A DNA stretch of 63,754 bases, counting the filler, from Pelomyxa schiedti (taxonomy: Eukaryota > Protista > Evosea): NCBI GenBank assembly GCA_020536535.1. It is 6 parts of 6 records of this genome, joined end to end, with 100 filler letters (N's around TTAATTAATTAA, not from the genome) between each part and the next. Parts side by side here need not be neighbours in the genome. Positions count along the whole stretch, not along the records: positions 1 to 29,568 come from JAHLWZ010000400.1; 5 more parts are not named here. One strand, written 5' to 3'. Shown piece after piece: positions 1 through 10,700 of the stretch. Positions within the stretch are counted from its first letter, which is position 1. Each line of letters opens with the position of its first letter. The position numbers were made by a program, and so were the translations under genes. Under the pieces are notes generated by a model. That model did no database searches and was not told the origin of the DNA. It saw only the letters and a program-made list of their open reading frames with translations.

Positions 1-390
1 TATGCGCAAAGAACAAACCTGCAGGCAGACTCTCTTGCTCTTTGGAAAAGGTGCTTACATCAAATAATTGTCATGCGAACCTGTGTGGATGTTAGAAGCA
101 GAAAGCCAATAAAAAGGACAACGCAACCACAGAGGTGTAAGGGGAAAAAAAAAATAAGTTATCTCTTCCAATTTGTAGGCAAATCCCCAATTTGTACCCG
201 ATTTGAGAATGCTCAAAGCGGTGCCACTTTGTCCAAAGTCTGCACTAGTTAAGCAATTTGGAGGCTCACCTTGGTTCCGATTTGACGCATAAATTGGGAA
301 ATTTTTGGAGTTAGGGTGTTAGTTTTGGCACTGGGCGTTGCGTTTTCCTTTTCCCAGTGAGTAGTGAAAAGTGCAAGGCACAGGTTTATG

Positions 391-938
391 TCAAAGTGTG
401 TTGCCAGACAAAAACAAAGAGGAGGGCTTGGACCCAATATTGACATCTCTCAAGAACTCGAATGCGATGACATTGACACCAGAACACTCCTCAGTCACGA
501 ATATTTTTCTTCCTGATTTGGTGAGCTGGAAGAGCAGACCTCCTTCAAAAAAAGCATCATGTGCACTGCATTCTGGCAAGCATCTCATTCTCCTCTTTGG
601 CGTAGTGAGGTCGTTGATGTCCCACACTTCGTACTTGTGCTTGGAATCTCCAAAAACACAGTACTCTGACTGGTTTACTGGCGAAATACGTGTAACCCAA
701 ACTGAGTCCTCTGACTTACATTGAACTTGCCCAGTTCCCTCTTCAGTTTTAATACAAGTAGTCCAACGGGACTGATTCTTGACTGTGACGAATGAATGAG
801 TGGTGCCATCCTGTTTAGTAAAGACAGAGGTATCTGCAACACTGAAGTCCAGGTCTTTCACTTGGGGTGCAGTCACACTCAACACAACCAATTTTTTCAA
901 TGAATGGGTTTGAGAAATGTCAACCAACACCAGAGAAT
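391..938 (-). CDS. Family A tandem paralog, copy 1 (3' half only; 5' part lost in gap 939-1038)
   Basis: Translation after the gap (SLVLVDISQTHSLKKLVVLS...WDINDLTTPKRRMRCLPEC...FLSGNTL) aligns closely with ORFs 1492-2499, 2687-4186 and 4433-5806. Confidence 0.8.
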
Positions 939-1038
939 NNNNNNNNNNNNNNNNNNNNNNNNNNNNNNNNNNNNNNNNNNNNNNNNNNNNNNNNNNNNNN
1001 NNNNNNNNNNNNNNNNNNNNNNNNNNNNNNNNNNNNNN

Positions 1039-1344
1039 GGCCCTCGTCAGCAGTTCCTCCCTTGGGTAGATCTTGTGGGGCTCCTGGTGCTTCAGCAGGC
1101 CCGGCTGCACGTCGTAGATCAGGCGCATCACCAGGTACGAGAACCCGGCGGCCCGGCGCCTGGTTATGGGATCGCCGGCGAGCGGGGCCGCCGTGCCCAG
1201 GATCGACAGGCACGAGTCGAACGCCGACGAGAGCTGCCCCGACGCGAACGTGACCACGACGTCGAGGGCTGCGTCGGTGTCTGCGTCGCAAAAACGGCCT
1301 CGTTGTGGTTGTTGTTCGTTGTCACGTCTACTGCCATCACCCAT
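1039..1344 (-). CDS. N-terminal fragment of an uncharacterised protein, truncated by the gap
   Basis: GC-rich open frame MGDGSRRDNEQQPQRGRF...EELLTRA running into N's. Not homologous to family A N-termini, so the track's 391-1458 ORF may be a chimera across the gap. Confidence 0.45.
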
Positions 1345-1491
1345 CACAAGCACAGAATTCTTCACAGAAAACTTTTGTCCGTGCTTGGGGTTTTTTTTCT
1401 GTCCAAGTGGCTGAATAAAATATTCAACAGACCAGAACGCTGTACTTTTCGTTATCATCGCTCAGGATCGGCGGTCTGGTGTTTTTTTTAT

Positions 1492-2499
1492 TCAGCCAAG
1501 TGTGTTTCCAGACAGAAACAAAGAGAAGTGGCTGTGTCCAAACACAACCCCAACAGGTCTGAAAAACTTTAATGTGATGACATTGACACCAGAACACTCC
1601 TCAGTCACGAACATTTTTCTTCCTGATTTGGTGATCTGGAACAGTAGACCTCCTTCAACAAAGGCATCATGTGCACTGCATTTTGGAAGGCATCTCATTC
1701 TCCTCCTTGGTAATGGGAAATCGTCAACATCCAACACTTGGTACTGATACTGGGAATCTCCAAAAATACAGTACTCTGACTGGCTCACAGGTGAGACATG
1801 TGTAGTATGCGTGGGCCAATCTGAGTCCCCTGATTTTGATTGCTCTTTACCAGTTCTCTCTTCTATTGCAATGACTGTATCACCATGATGATCGACTGCA
1901 ATAAACGAATGGGTGCAGTCCTGTTTTGTCATGACATATACATTGGCCTCCATCATGTCCAGTTCACCTTCTGATTGAAGGGCAGTCCAACTCAAAACAG
2001 CCAATTTTTTCAATGACTGGGTTTGTGCATTGTCCACCAACACAAGAGAATCATCAAAGCAGAGCAGCAATCGGTCCTCACAATTCCCATCAAACTGGAG
2101 CTGAGATAAATGATGCTTAGGGAGTCTCACTACAGTGGGGCTGATTGCCAGTAGGAGTGTTGTTCCCAACCTTGTGAGTGGTAGCTTGATCACCGCCAAC
2201 TCCTTTGAGGAAGTGCACACGAACCACTTCCCATTTGTTTGAATATCTCCATCAGGCCTGTTCTCATCACTCAAGAATATTCTCTGGCCAGTTGCCATGT
2301 TCTGAAGGTAGTAAACATGGAAATCTTCGAAGCCAACGGGAGTGACAGCATAGAAATCACGAAAGGCTTTGATTACCAAGAAGTGCTGGTTGGCTCCAAT
2401 GATCTCCTCATCTGTCCTTGGGATCCACCACCTCATCTCGTGTGTCAGTGTCAGCAACACCATCGACCCACCACTTTCAAACTGTGACTCCCTACACAC
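1492..2499 (-). CDS. Family A paralog copy 2, lacking the N-terminal RDQ/HPRCG module
   Basis: Intronless 335-aa ORF; homology to siblings begins only at MVLLTLTHEMRWW. Confidence 0.75.
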   Translation of the reverse strand: MCRESQFESGGSMVLLTLTHEMRWWIPRTDEEIIGANQHFLVIKAFRDFYAVTPVGFEDFHVYYLQNMATGQRIFLSDENRPDGDIQTNGKWFVCTSSKELAVIKLPLTRLGTTLLLAISPTVVRLPKHHLSQLQFDGNCEDRLLLCFDDSLVLVDNAQTQSLKKLAVLSWTALQSEGELDMMEANVYVMTKQDCTHSFIAVDHHGDTVIAIEERTGKEQSKSGDSDWPTHTTHVSPVSQSEYCIFGDSQYQYQVLDVDDFPLPRRRMRCLPKCSAHDAFVEGGLLFQITKSGRKMFVTEECSGVNVITLKFFRPVGVVFGHSHFSLFLSGNTLG

Positions 2500-2686
2500 A
2501 ACGGTCGTTTTGGCATTTTACCCCAAGTCCGCGCTGTCAATTTCGTTATCGTCGCAGGATCGGCGGTCCGTTTTTTTTATTCCGCCATTTGATGATGTGT
2601 GCAACACCAGCGTTCTTGATGGTTCACTCACTCAAAAACAAACCAGGATTTTATTTTCTGTTGTGGTTTTCTTGTGGAGGAACCTG

Positions 2687-4144
2687 TCAAAGTGTGTTGC
2701 CAGACAGAAACAAAGAGAAGTAGCCGGGTTCAATTGCAACAGGTCTTAAGAACTTTAATGTGATGACATTGACACCAGAACACTCCTCAGTCACAAACAC
2801 CTCTCTTCCTGATTTGGTGATCTGGAACAGTAGACTTCCTTCAACAAAGGCATCATGTGCACTGCATTCTGGCAAGCATCTCATTCTCCTCTTTGGCGTA
2901 GTGAGGTCGTTGATGTCCCACACTGGTGGGCATCTCATTCTCCTCTTTGGTGTGGTGAAATCATCGACATCCAACACTTGGTACTTGTGCTCAGAATATC
3001 CAAAAACACAGTACTCTGACTGGCTCACAGGTGAGACATGCATAGGCGAAACTGAGTCCTCTGATTTTGATTGCACTTTACCAGTTCCCTCCTCAATTGC
3101 ACAGACGGTATCACCATCGTAGACTGTGATAAACGAATGGGTGCCATCTTGTTTTGTCAAGATACAGACCTCTGTGTCAGTCATGTCCAGGTCTGATTGA
3201 AGTACAGTCCGACTCAAAACAGCCAATTTCTCCAATGAATGGGTTTGTGCAATGTCCACCAACAACAGAGAATCATCGAAGCAGAGCAGCAAGTGGTCCT
3301 CACAATTCTGATCAAAATGAATCCGGCATAAATAGTCCCCAGGGAGTGTCACCCCAGTGGCGCTGATTTCCAGTGAGTTTGCTGTTCCCAACCCCGTGAG
3401 TGGTAGCTTGATCACCACCAACTCCTTCGAGGAAGTGTCGGAGAACACGAGCCACTTCCCGTTGGTTTGAATTTCTCCATCAGGCCTGTTCTCATCACTC
3501 AGGAATATCCTCCGGCCAGTTGCAATGTCCTGCAGGTAGTAGACATGGAAATCACAGGGGAAACCAGTACGAGGCGCAGCCACAGTATAGAAACCACGAA
3601 CGGTACCGACGATCAAGAAGTGCTGGTTGGCTCCAATGATCTCCTCATGTGTCCTTGGTATCCACCACCTCATCTCGTGCGTCAGTGTCAGCAACACCAT
3701 CGACACCCCGAACGTGACCACAATGGTGTGCTTAGAAGACTTTGCATTGAATTGAACAGAGAAGAACCTCGAGCGTGACCACAACCACGCCCACACAAGC
3801 CTCACAACCAAAATCCCACAATCGGTCGTCACATGACCGCTCGTCGCAGAAATCACAGTGGACACCAACAACCTCTGGAGCGGGCACGCTGCCCCGCACC
3901 TCGGGTGTGTGCCCGCGGCCAGCGCCCCAACTTGGTCCCTCATCATCAACAGGCTCCCACCCTCGGTCTCGGCGGTGGTCTCCACCGTCGTTGTGGTTCT
4001 CCTTGTTGTTTTGATGGTGGTGCCCGACGATGGCAGTCGATCCACGCTCGTCGTTGTGGTTGTTGTTGGGTACGACACTGTTGTTGTTGACATTGGGGCC
4101 ACCACCACAGCCTTGCCAACACGGCGGTGTGTTGTTGTTCGCAT
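2687..4144 (-). CDS. Family A paralog copy 3, full length, with internal 18-aa duplication
   Basis: Intronless ORF: Thr-rich N-terminus, RDQVGALAAGTHPRCGAACPL motif, beta-rich C-terminal region; TTPKRRMRC occurs twice. Confidence 0.85.
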   Translation of the reverse strand: MRTTTHRRVGKAVVVAPMSTTTVSYPTTTTTTSVDRLPSSGTTIKTTRRTTTTVETTAETEGGSLLMMRDQVGALAAGTHPRCGAACPLQRLLVSTVISATSGHVTTDCGILVVRLVWAWLWSRSRFFSVQFNAKSSKHTIVVTFGVSMVLLTLTHEMRWWIPRTHEEIIGANQHFLIVGTVRGFYTVAAPRTGFPCDFHVYYLQDIATGRRIFLSDENRPDGEIQTNGKWLVFSDTSSKELVVIKLPLTGLGTANSLEISATGVTLPGDYLCRIHFDQNCEDHLLLCFDDSLLLVDIAQTHSLEKLAVLSRTVLQSDLDMTDTEVCILTKQDGTHSFITVYDGDTVCAIEEGTGKVQSKSEDSVSPMHVSPVSQSEYCVFGYSEHKYQVLDVDDFTTPKRRMRCPPVWDINDLTTPKRRMRCLPECSAHDAFVEGSLLFQITKSGREVFVTEECSGVNVITLKFLRPVAIEPGYFSLFLSGNTL

Positions 4145-4432
4145 TCCTTCGTCGTGTCTGATTTCCTTGAAAAAAAAGAGATCCATCTGATGGTGCCTGC
4201 CTAGGCAGGGGAGGTGTTCGCAGCATTACCATGGCGCTGATTTTGGATCGAGTTTCCCTGTTCCAATGGTGAAAACAGGACTGCAGCTCTGGGCCAAACT
4301 CAGTGCCACTGTTATGAGTGAAAACATCTGAAAGGTCCTGGTGTTCTGTGCACATTTCCTTAAAATAGAGGTTTTTGTGCTTTTTTTCTGTACCCACTGT
4401 GAGTAGTGAAAATTGCAAGGCATAGGTTTCAG

Positions 4433-5806
4433 TCAAAGTGTGTTGCCAGACAAAAACAAAGAGGAGGGCTTGAACCAAATACGTACATCTCTCAAGAACT
4501 CAAATGTGATGACATTGGCACCAGAACACTCCTCAGTCACAAACATTTTTCTTCCTGATTTGGTGAGCTGGAAGAGCAGACCTCCTTCAAAAAAAGCATC
4601 ATGTGAATTGCATTCTGGCAAGCATCTCATTCTCCTCTTTGGTGTGGTGAAATCATTGATGTCCCACACTTCATACTTGTGCTTGGAATCTCCAAAAACA
4701 CAGTACTCTGACTGGTTTACTGGTGAAATATGTGTGACCCAAACTGAGTTCTCTGACTTACATTGAACTTGCCCAGTTCCCTCTTGTATAAAAGTCCAAC
4801 AGCACTGACTATCGACTGTTACAAATGAATGAGGGGTAAAGACAGAGGTATCTGCAACACTGAAGTCCAGGTCTTTCACTTGGGGTGCAGTCACACTCAA
4901 CACAACCAATTTTTTCAATGAATGGGTTTGAGAAATGTCAACCAACACCAGAGAATCATAGAGACAGAGCAGCAATCGGTCCTCACAAAGCTTATCAAAC
5001 TCAAGTTTCCAGCAATCACTCTGTATGAGTTTAACCACAGTTGGATTGAGCTCTGGGGAGCCTGTTTCCAACCTGGTGAGCGGTAGCTTGATCACAACCA
5101 ACTCCCTCCTTGAGCAGGTGTCAGAGCCCACAAACCACTTCCCGTTGGTTTGATAGTTTCCATTTGGCATGCTTCTTGAATCACTCAGGAATCTCCTCCT
5201 GCCAGTTGCCATGTCCCGCAGGTGGTAAACGTGGAACTCCTCACCGGCGGTACTTTCACGCCAGCAATCAACGATCAAGAAGTGCTGGTTGGCACCAATG
5301 ACATCCTCATGTGACCTCGGGGCCCACCACCTCATCTCGTGTGTCAGTGTCAGCAACACCATCGACACCCCGAACGTGACCACAATGGTGTACTTAGAAG
5401 ACTTTGCATTGAATTGAACAGAGAAGAACCTCGAGCGTGACCACAACCACGCCCACACAAGCCTCACAACCAAAATCCCACAATCGGTCGTCGCATGACC
5501 GCTCGTAGCAGAAACCACAGTGGACACCAACAACCTCCGGAGTGGGCACGCTGCCCCGCACCTCGGGTGTGTGCCCACGGCCAGCGCCCCAACTTGGTCC
5601 CTCATCATCAACAGGCTCCCACCCTCGGTCTCGGTGGTGGTATCCACCGTCGTTGTGGTTCTCCTCGTTGTTTTGATTGTGCCCGACGATGGCAGTCGAT
5701 CCACGTTCGCCGTTGTGGTTGTTGGGGAGGCCACCGTTGTTGTCGACATTGGGGCCACCACCACCGCCTTGCCAACACGGCGGTGCCATTGTGTGGTTGG
5801 TCGCAT
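4433..5806 (-). CDS. Family A paralog copy 4, full length
   Basis: 457-aa intronless ORF collinear with copy 3; C-terminus nearly identical to copy 1. Confidence 0.85.
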   Translation of the reverse strand: MRPTTQWHRRVGKAVVVAPMSTTTVASPTTTTANVDRLPSSGTIKTTRRTTTTVDTTTETEGGSLLMMRDQVGALAVGTHPRCGAACPLRRLLVSTVVSATSGHATTDCGILVVRLVWAWLWSRSRFFSVQFNAKSSKYTIVVTFGVSMVLLTLTHEMRWWAPRSHEDVIGANQHFLIVDCWRESTAGEEFHVYHLRDMATGRRRFLSDSRSMPNGNYQTNGKWFVGSDTCSRRELVVIKLPLTRLETGSPELNPTVVKLIQSDCWKLEFDKLCEDRLLLCLYDSLVLVDISQTHSLKKLVVLSVTAPQVKDLDFSVADTSVFTPHSFVTVDSQCCWTFIQEGTGQVQCKSENSVWVTHISPVNQSEYCVFGDSKHKYEVWDINDFTTPKRRMRCLPECNSHDAFFEGGLLFQLTKSGRKMFVTEECSGANVITFEFLRDVRIWFKPSSLFLSGNTL

Positions 5807-5848
5807 CCCGCGTTGGTGTCTTGTCTGACAAGAGTGCGCTCACCGTAG

Positions 5849-6268
5849 TCAGTCACCACTGCACATCGCAATGGTGGCTGAGCCACCTTGGGTTTTTCTC
5901 AACTTGAAGGGAAGAGGCGATGTATGGCACGTAAAATAGAAGAACCTCGAGCGTGCCCACAGCCACGCCCACACCAGCCTCACCACCAAAATCCCACAAT
6001 CGCGGCTTGAAGAATCGCTCGTCGCAGTAATCACCATCGCCAAGGGGCACGTGGCGCCGCACCTCGGGTGCGTGCCCATCACGAGGGCACCAACTTGGTC
6101 CCTCATCGTGAGGGTGCCTGTGGTCTCGGTAGTTGTGTGCACCCTGGTTTCTCTTGTTGTTTTGACAGTAAACGACGGCAATGTCTCCAAGCTTGTTGTT
6201 GTGGACGAATTTACTGTGGTTGCCGTCATTGGGGCCACAACGACGGCCTTGGCCATGCGGTGTTGCAT
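5849..6268 (-). pseudogene. Family A copy 5, N-terminal module only
   Basis: RDQVGALVMGTHPRCGATCPL...VVRLVWAWLWARSRFF, then homology stops near 5935 and the ORF ends. Confidence 0.6.
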
Positions 6269-6533
6269 TGCAATCAGTGTCAGAATACTGGAAGATCACA
6301 GCAAGGAATCGTGTTTTGGGAGGAGGGATAATGGGGCAATGGTGGCTCGTGGTTTAGTAAGTGGCGAACCTGGTCTTGGTGAGGATGAATGCCCAGTGGC
6401 TGAACCTGGTAATTTGAGTTGCACGTGATGTTACACGAATCATGTGCATTGATCGACTGCTTGATTTTTTTTGTATCAATCGCACGTTGCCAGGCCGAGG
6501 ATCCGACCCGTACAACCATACATCCCATAATCG

Positions 6534-7664
6534 ATGTCGTTCGATGATGACGGGTGGGGAGCAGCGGCGTCGTCTGCGTCGGCAGCGCGCGTGTCCACAG
6601 GCGCGGGGGCGGGCGGTGGCGCGGGGATGCAGGCGGCGTCGGACGCCATGCAGCGCGCGGGGACGGCGGTGGAGGCCCTGCGAGGCTCCGTGGGCCTGGT
6701 CGGCACGGGCCGCGACTCCCAGCGCGTGCGCGACGACGTGAAGCACGCGACGGCCACGGCCCGCGCCGCGCTGGCCGACGCAAACTCGGTGATTGCGTCC
6801 CTAGAGACAACTGTGGAAAAGGTGCTTTTGGCTTTGGTTATGGTTATGGGATAGCTTTTTTTTCATCCCCTGGATGAAATTACCTTTTTTTTTTTCTTTT
6901 TTTTTTCCCCTATGTTGTTTTTTAAAACAAGCTGGTTGTTGTATTAGATATGTAACTTGGAGTTTTTTTTTTGTTGTTTACAAAAAAGCTCATCCGTTTT
7001 TTGTAAAAAAAAAATAGGCAAAGCTAGACAAGATCAAGGGGCAATACAAAGATCTCGTTTCCCAACTCGATTCCCTTGATAAGTCGGCAAAACAGAAGAT
7101 GCAAGAGAATAAGCTCCTTGTCATTGAAATGCCGAGTGGAGGACCAACTACAACCTCCACGGCCGCTGCGGCACCTGATAATTCATCTGGTTTGTAGGCA
7201 TTCAACCTTACTTACCTTCTCACCAATTAAAAGGCGAGTTACAGCAAGTGACTATAGTCCATCAAGATGCAACAAAGAAAATGATTGGTTTGTTTTTTTC
7301 TAGCAATTTGTTAACTTTGACTCTCTCTTCAGAACAAAGAAATACTGAGTTCAGGGAACTCGCCAATGAAGTTACGGCCCTAAGGGATGTAATCAAAGAA
7401 ACAAATGAACTGATAGGTGAACAAGGAGAACAACTTAACACCGCAGCTGTACGAATTACCTTTTCCCGGCCACATGAGTAATTATTCCTTTAGGTTCATG
7501 TTGAGGACGCAAAAGAAAATGTTCATGAGGCAAAGGAAGCACTCCAGGAAGCTGAGGGCTATGCCAACAAAGCCCGGATTAAAATTGCTATTGTCGTAGT
7601 CATAGTACTAGTTGTTATTGCAGCTGCAATACTCATTGCATTGGGAGTCACACACAACTTATAA
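6534..7664 (+). CDS. Qa-SNARE syntaxin (Stx7/Stx12/Pep12-like), multi-exon
   Basis: Habc-like start (VGTGRDSQRVRDDV), SNARE motif RELANEVTALRDVIKETNELIGEQGEQLN..VHVEDAKENVHEA, C-terminal TM KIAIVVVIVLVVIAAAILIALGV then stop. Confidence 0.8.
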
Positions 7665-7765
7665 GAACCCAGTACCATTTTCCATTTTACTGAAGGAACG
7701 GCCAACAAGTTGTACAAATTCTTTGTATCTTTATAACACAAGTAAAGAACGTTTTTGTTTCTCTT

Positions 7766-10700
7766 TTAGCTGACAAATAGCCGCTCTTGAACACGCTTCA
7801 ACTGCTCTTTTTTGAAGGAAGAAGCCTTCAGCAGTGTACACATAAACCATAGATATATTTGGGTATCACCTGGATATAGTTATCAGCAAAACGCGGACAC
7901 CCAAAGCAGTGGCTGATGATGCTGTTGTTGTATTTGTATTTGTACTTGTATTTGTAGTAGTGCCGCTGCTTTCTGATGTGCTTGCTGATGTTGTTGTGTT
8001 TACAAGAGGGTGTGTAGTTGATGATGATGAAGATGAAGGAGCTGTTGGTGATGTAGACAAATGTTGTGAATATGTAGAATGTGTGTGTGATGAGTGCCTG
8101 CGGTAGTGTCCCTTGTGATGGCTCCCATGTGTTGATGATGATGATAGTGGTGTTGATATCGGCGCGGTGGTGCAGGTCGGCGACTGTGATTGTGGGACCT
8201 GCACGAGTGGCGACGGCTCGGCGGAATCCAGCGGGGAGGATGACAGCGGCGACACCGACTTCGGCGAAGACGGGGACGACGACAGCGGCGGCGGTGGCGG
8301 GAGGAACAGCGACGCGAGCGACGAAGAGGCCGCGTTGGCGGAAGCCGAGGACGACGACGATTCGCTGGAGCAGGTCGACGTCCCGCACCACGACGTGTCG
8401 CTGCCGATCCCGCCGGAGCTTCCGGGGCTGTGCTGCTGTTGATGTTGTTGTTGCTGTTGTTGCTGTGCTGGTTGCGGTGATGGAAGCGGCGGGTTCTGCT
8501 CCAGCATCGTTTCGAATTCGGCCTGCGTATCTACGGGAATTGGCGTTGGGGTGGTGGTTGCCGTTGGTGGCGTGGCTGATGCTGCTGCTGTTGTTGGTGT
8601 TGTTGTTGTGTAGTTTTCGTAGGCGGAGGTGGTGGTGTGGTAGGAAATTCTGATGTTGTCTGATTTGCTGAAGCCATATTTCCGGGAAATGGTTTGGAGC
8701 AGGAGTGGGAGGTCACCTCCTATGGGAAGTTCAACGAACCTTATGCCGCCTTGGTAGATGCATTTGAATCGTAGCGGGACCTTGTGGATTGTTTGATAAG
8801 ATAAAAGACTGGACAACAGGTGGACTCAGTACCTTTTGGTTTTCAGTGGGGAGAAGAGGAAGTGGCTTTAACTTTGGGGGAAGGCCATGAATTAGAGTCG
8901 GTGGAAGTTGCCGCGACACTGCCATTGAAGTATTCTGATGAAGAGTGAGTGTGGAAGCAGGAGCACCAAAGTGGACAACTCACCCTTTTCAGCCGGACAG
9001 TGCTGAATTTTTTCGGCAATTGTGAGTCATCAAATATATTCGCTTTCGGCAAGAAGGAGTCATCAAGTGTTAAAGCAGAGCTGTTACTTGGAGGTGTGGC
9101 AGGTGGTGCCGCTGGGGCTGGGGGAGGCCCATCGGATGCTGCTGAGTTGTAAGTTTCCAATGAAGGACGTTTACGTTACATTGTTTGATCTTCTTTGTTT
9201 CAGCTATTTTGGCGTCAATCTGATCTTGCAGAGCCGTTTTCCATTGAAGTTTGGCAGCCAAGGTAGTGAACACCAAAGTAAATCTCATATTACCAACGTG
9301 GCAGAGACTAAATGAGAAAAGTCCTTTCCCTGAGGAACATTTAGGTACAAGATAGAGAACCAAGACTCACTTTCTTCCAGTATATCGGCAATATACAGAC
9401 AATCCATGGGTATGTAAGACTTGAGTGCATTGAAGTTGGAGAACCGGAGAACAGAATTTGATAGCAGGTAATAGTGGACACGACGGTTAACAGTACCGAT
9501 CTGGGGATGTTAGACAATGTCTTTCAAGCTATATTTACCTTGGTTTCTACTTGCTCTGTGAGGACCTCATCTTTTATGTACTTCTGTGGAGGGCAAAGCA
9601 ATTTCACCTTAAAAAAATTTAGTGAGGTTCTGTATTAATTGTACCTTACCGAGGAGGAACTGGGTATTTTTCCTTGAATTTCTTGTACTTTAGCAAGATT
9701 AGCTGCATCTTTTGAAATTTCATCAACTTTACTCGCAATTGCCTGTAATTTCCTTAAGACAACACGGAAAGTGGCAGATGTAAAACCTTTGCAGTTTCAT
9801 AAGCAGACTCGATTTCTGCATAATCTGGATGACTTGGATCTGTATGTTTAAGCAAAGACTACTCCAAGTGAGAAGAAAGATAAAATCTCATGAAAACAAC
9901 ATTGAGGACAAGGGTATATTGCACTGTCCGCTGTACTGGGGTGATAAGCTTATCCTCCAGCTTAAGACCCATCAACCTTGGATGCTTCAGTGCTTCCTGC
10001 ATAATTAACATAATTATTAACATCGTTGAGATCTGTCCTATACTTGAATGAATGAACGAAATGCGCCTTTTTGCATTTTTTTATTGAGGAGCTGGATGCT
10101 GGCAGGATAATTGGTAAGAAAGTCAGACACCAATTTGGGGTAATATCCATTCTACCCTTTTTAAGAAAATCTACACTGATTTTAGAGAAGAAACACACCA
10201 GCTTGGTGAATGAACTTGCAAGTTTTTCTGTCGAGCCCTCAATTATATCACGCAATAATTTCTTGTGGTACGGCAAAATAAACTCAATGGTGCCAAAAAG
10301 CTGCTGAATAAGGTCTTGAGTAACAATGTGCTGTTCGAGAAGGGGTTGAATGAACACCTTTACGAAGGTTATAGAGAGATGTATCAGCTCAGATTAACCT
10401 CCACAACAATAGACAAGTCCTCAACATATTGCTTTTCTGTAGTAATGAGCTCTCTCATCGCTTTTTGCATTTTGGTGAGGGGTGCTGGTGTCGCTGTGGA
10501 AGGGGATGGAGCAGATTTGTCGCTGGAATCTTCTTCTGTGTCCTCTGGAGATTGGCTGTAAAAATAAAAATAAAAAAGAGTTGACCTACCAGTGTCAACT
10601 TGGTTTTGGTTCTCTTCTTCATCCTCCTGCTACAACAGTTTAGATGAATTGATAATAACTTCGTTACCTCCTCCTCCTCTTCTTCAAGTTCTGGATGCAC

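Noticed and set aside
391-1458. 355-aa fusion ORF joining a novel N-terminus to family A
   Set aside because: The join runs through 100 N's; continuity is unsupported
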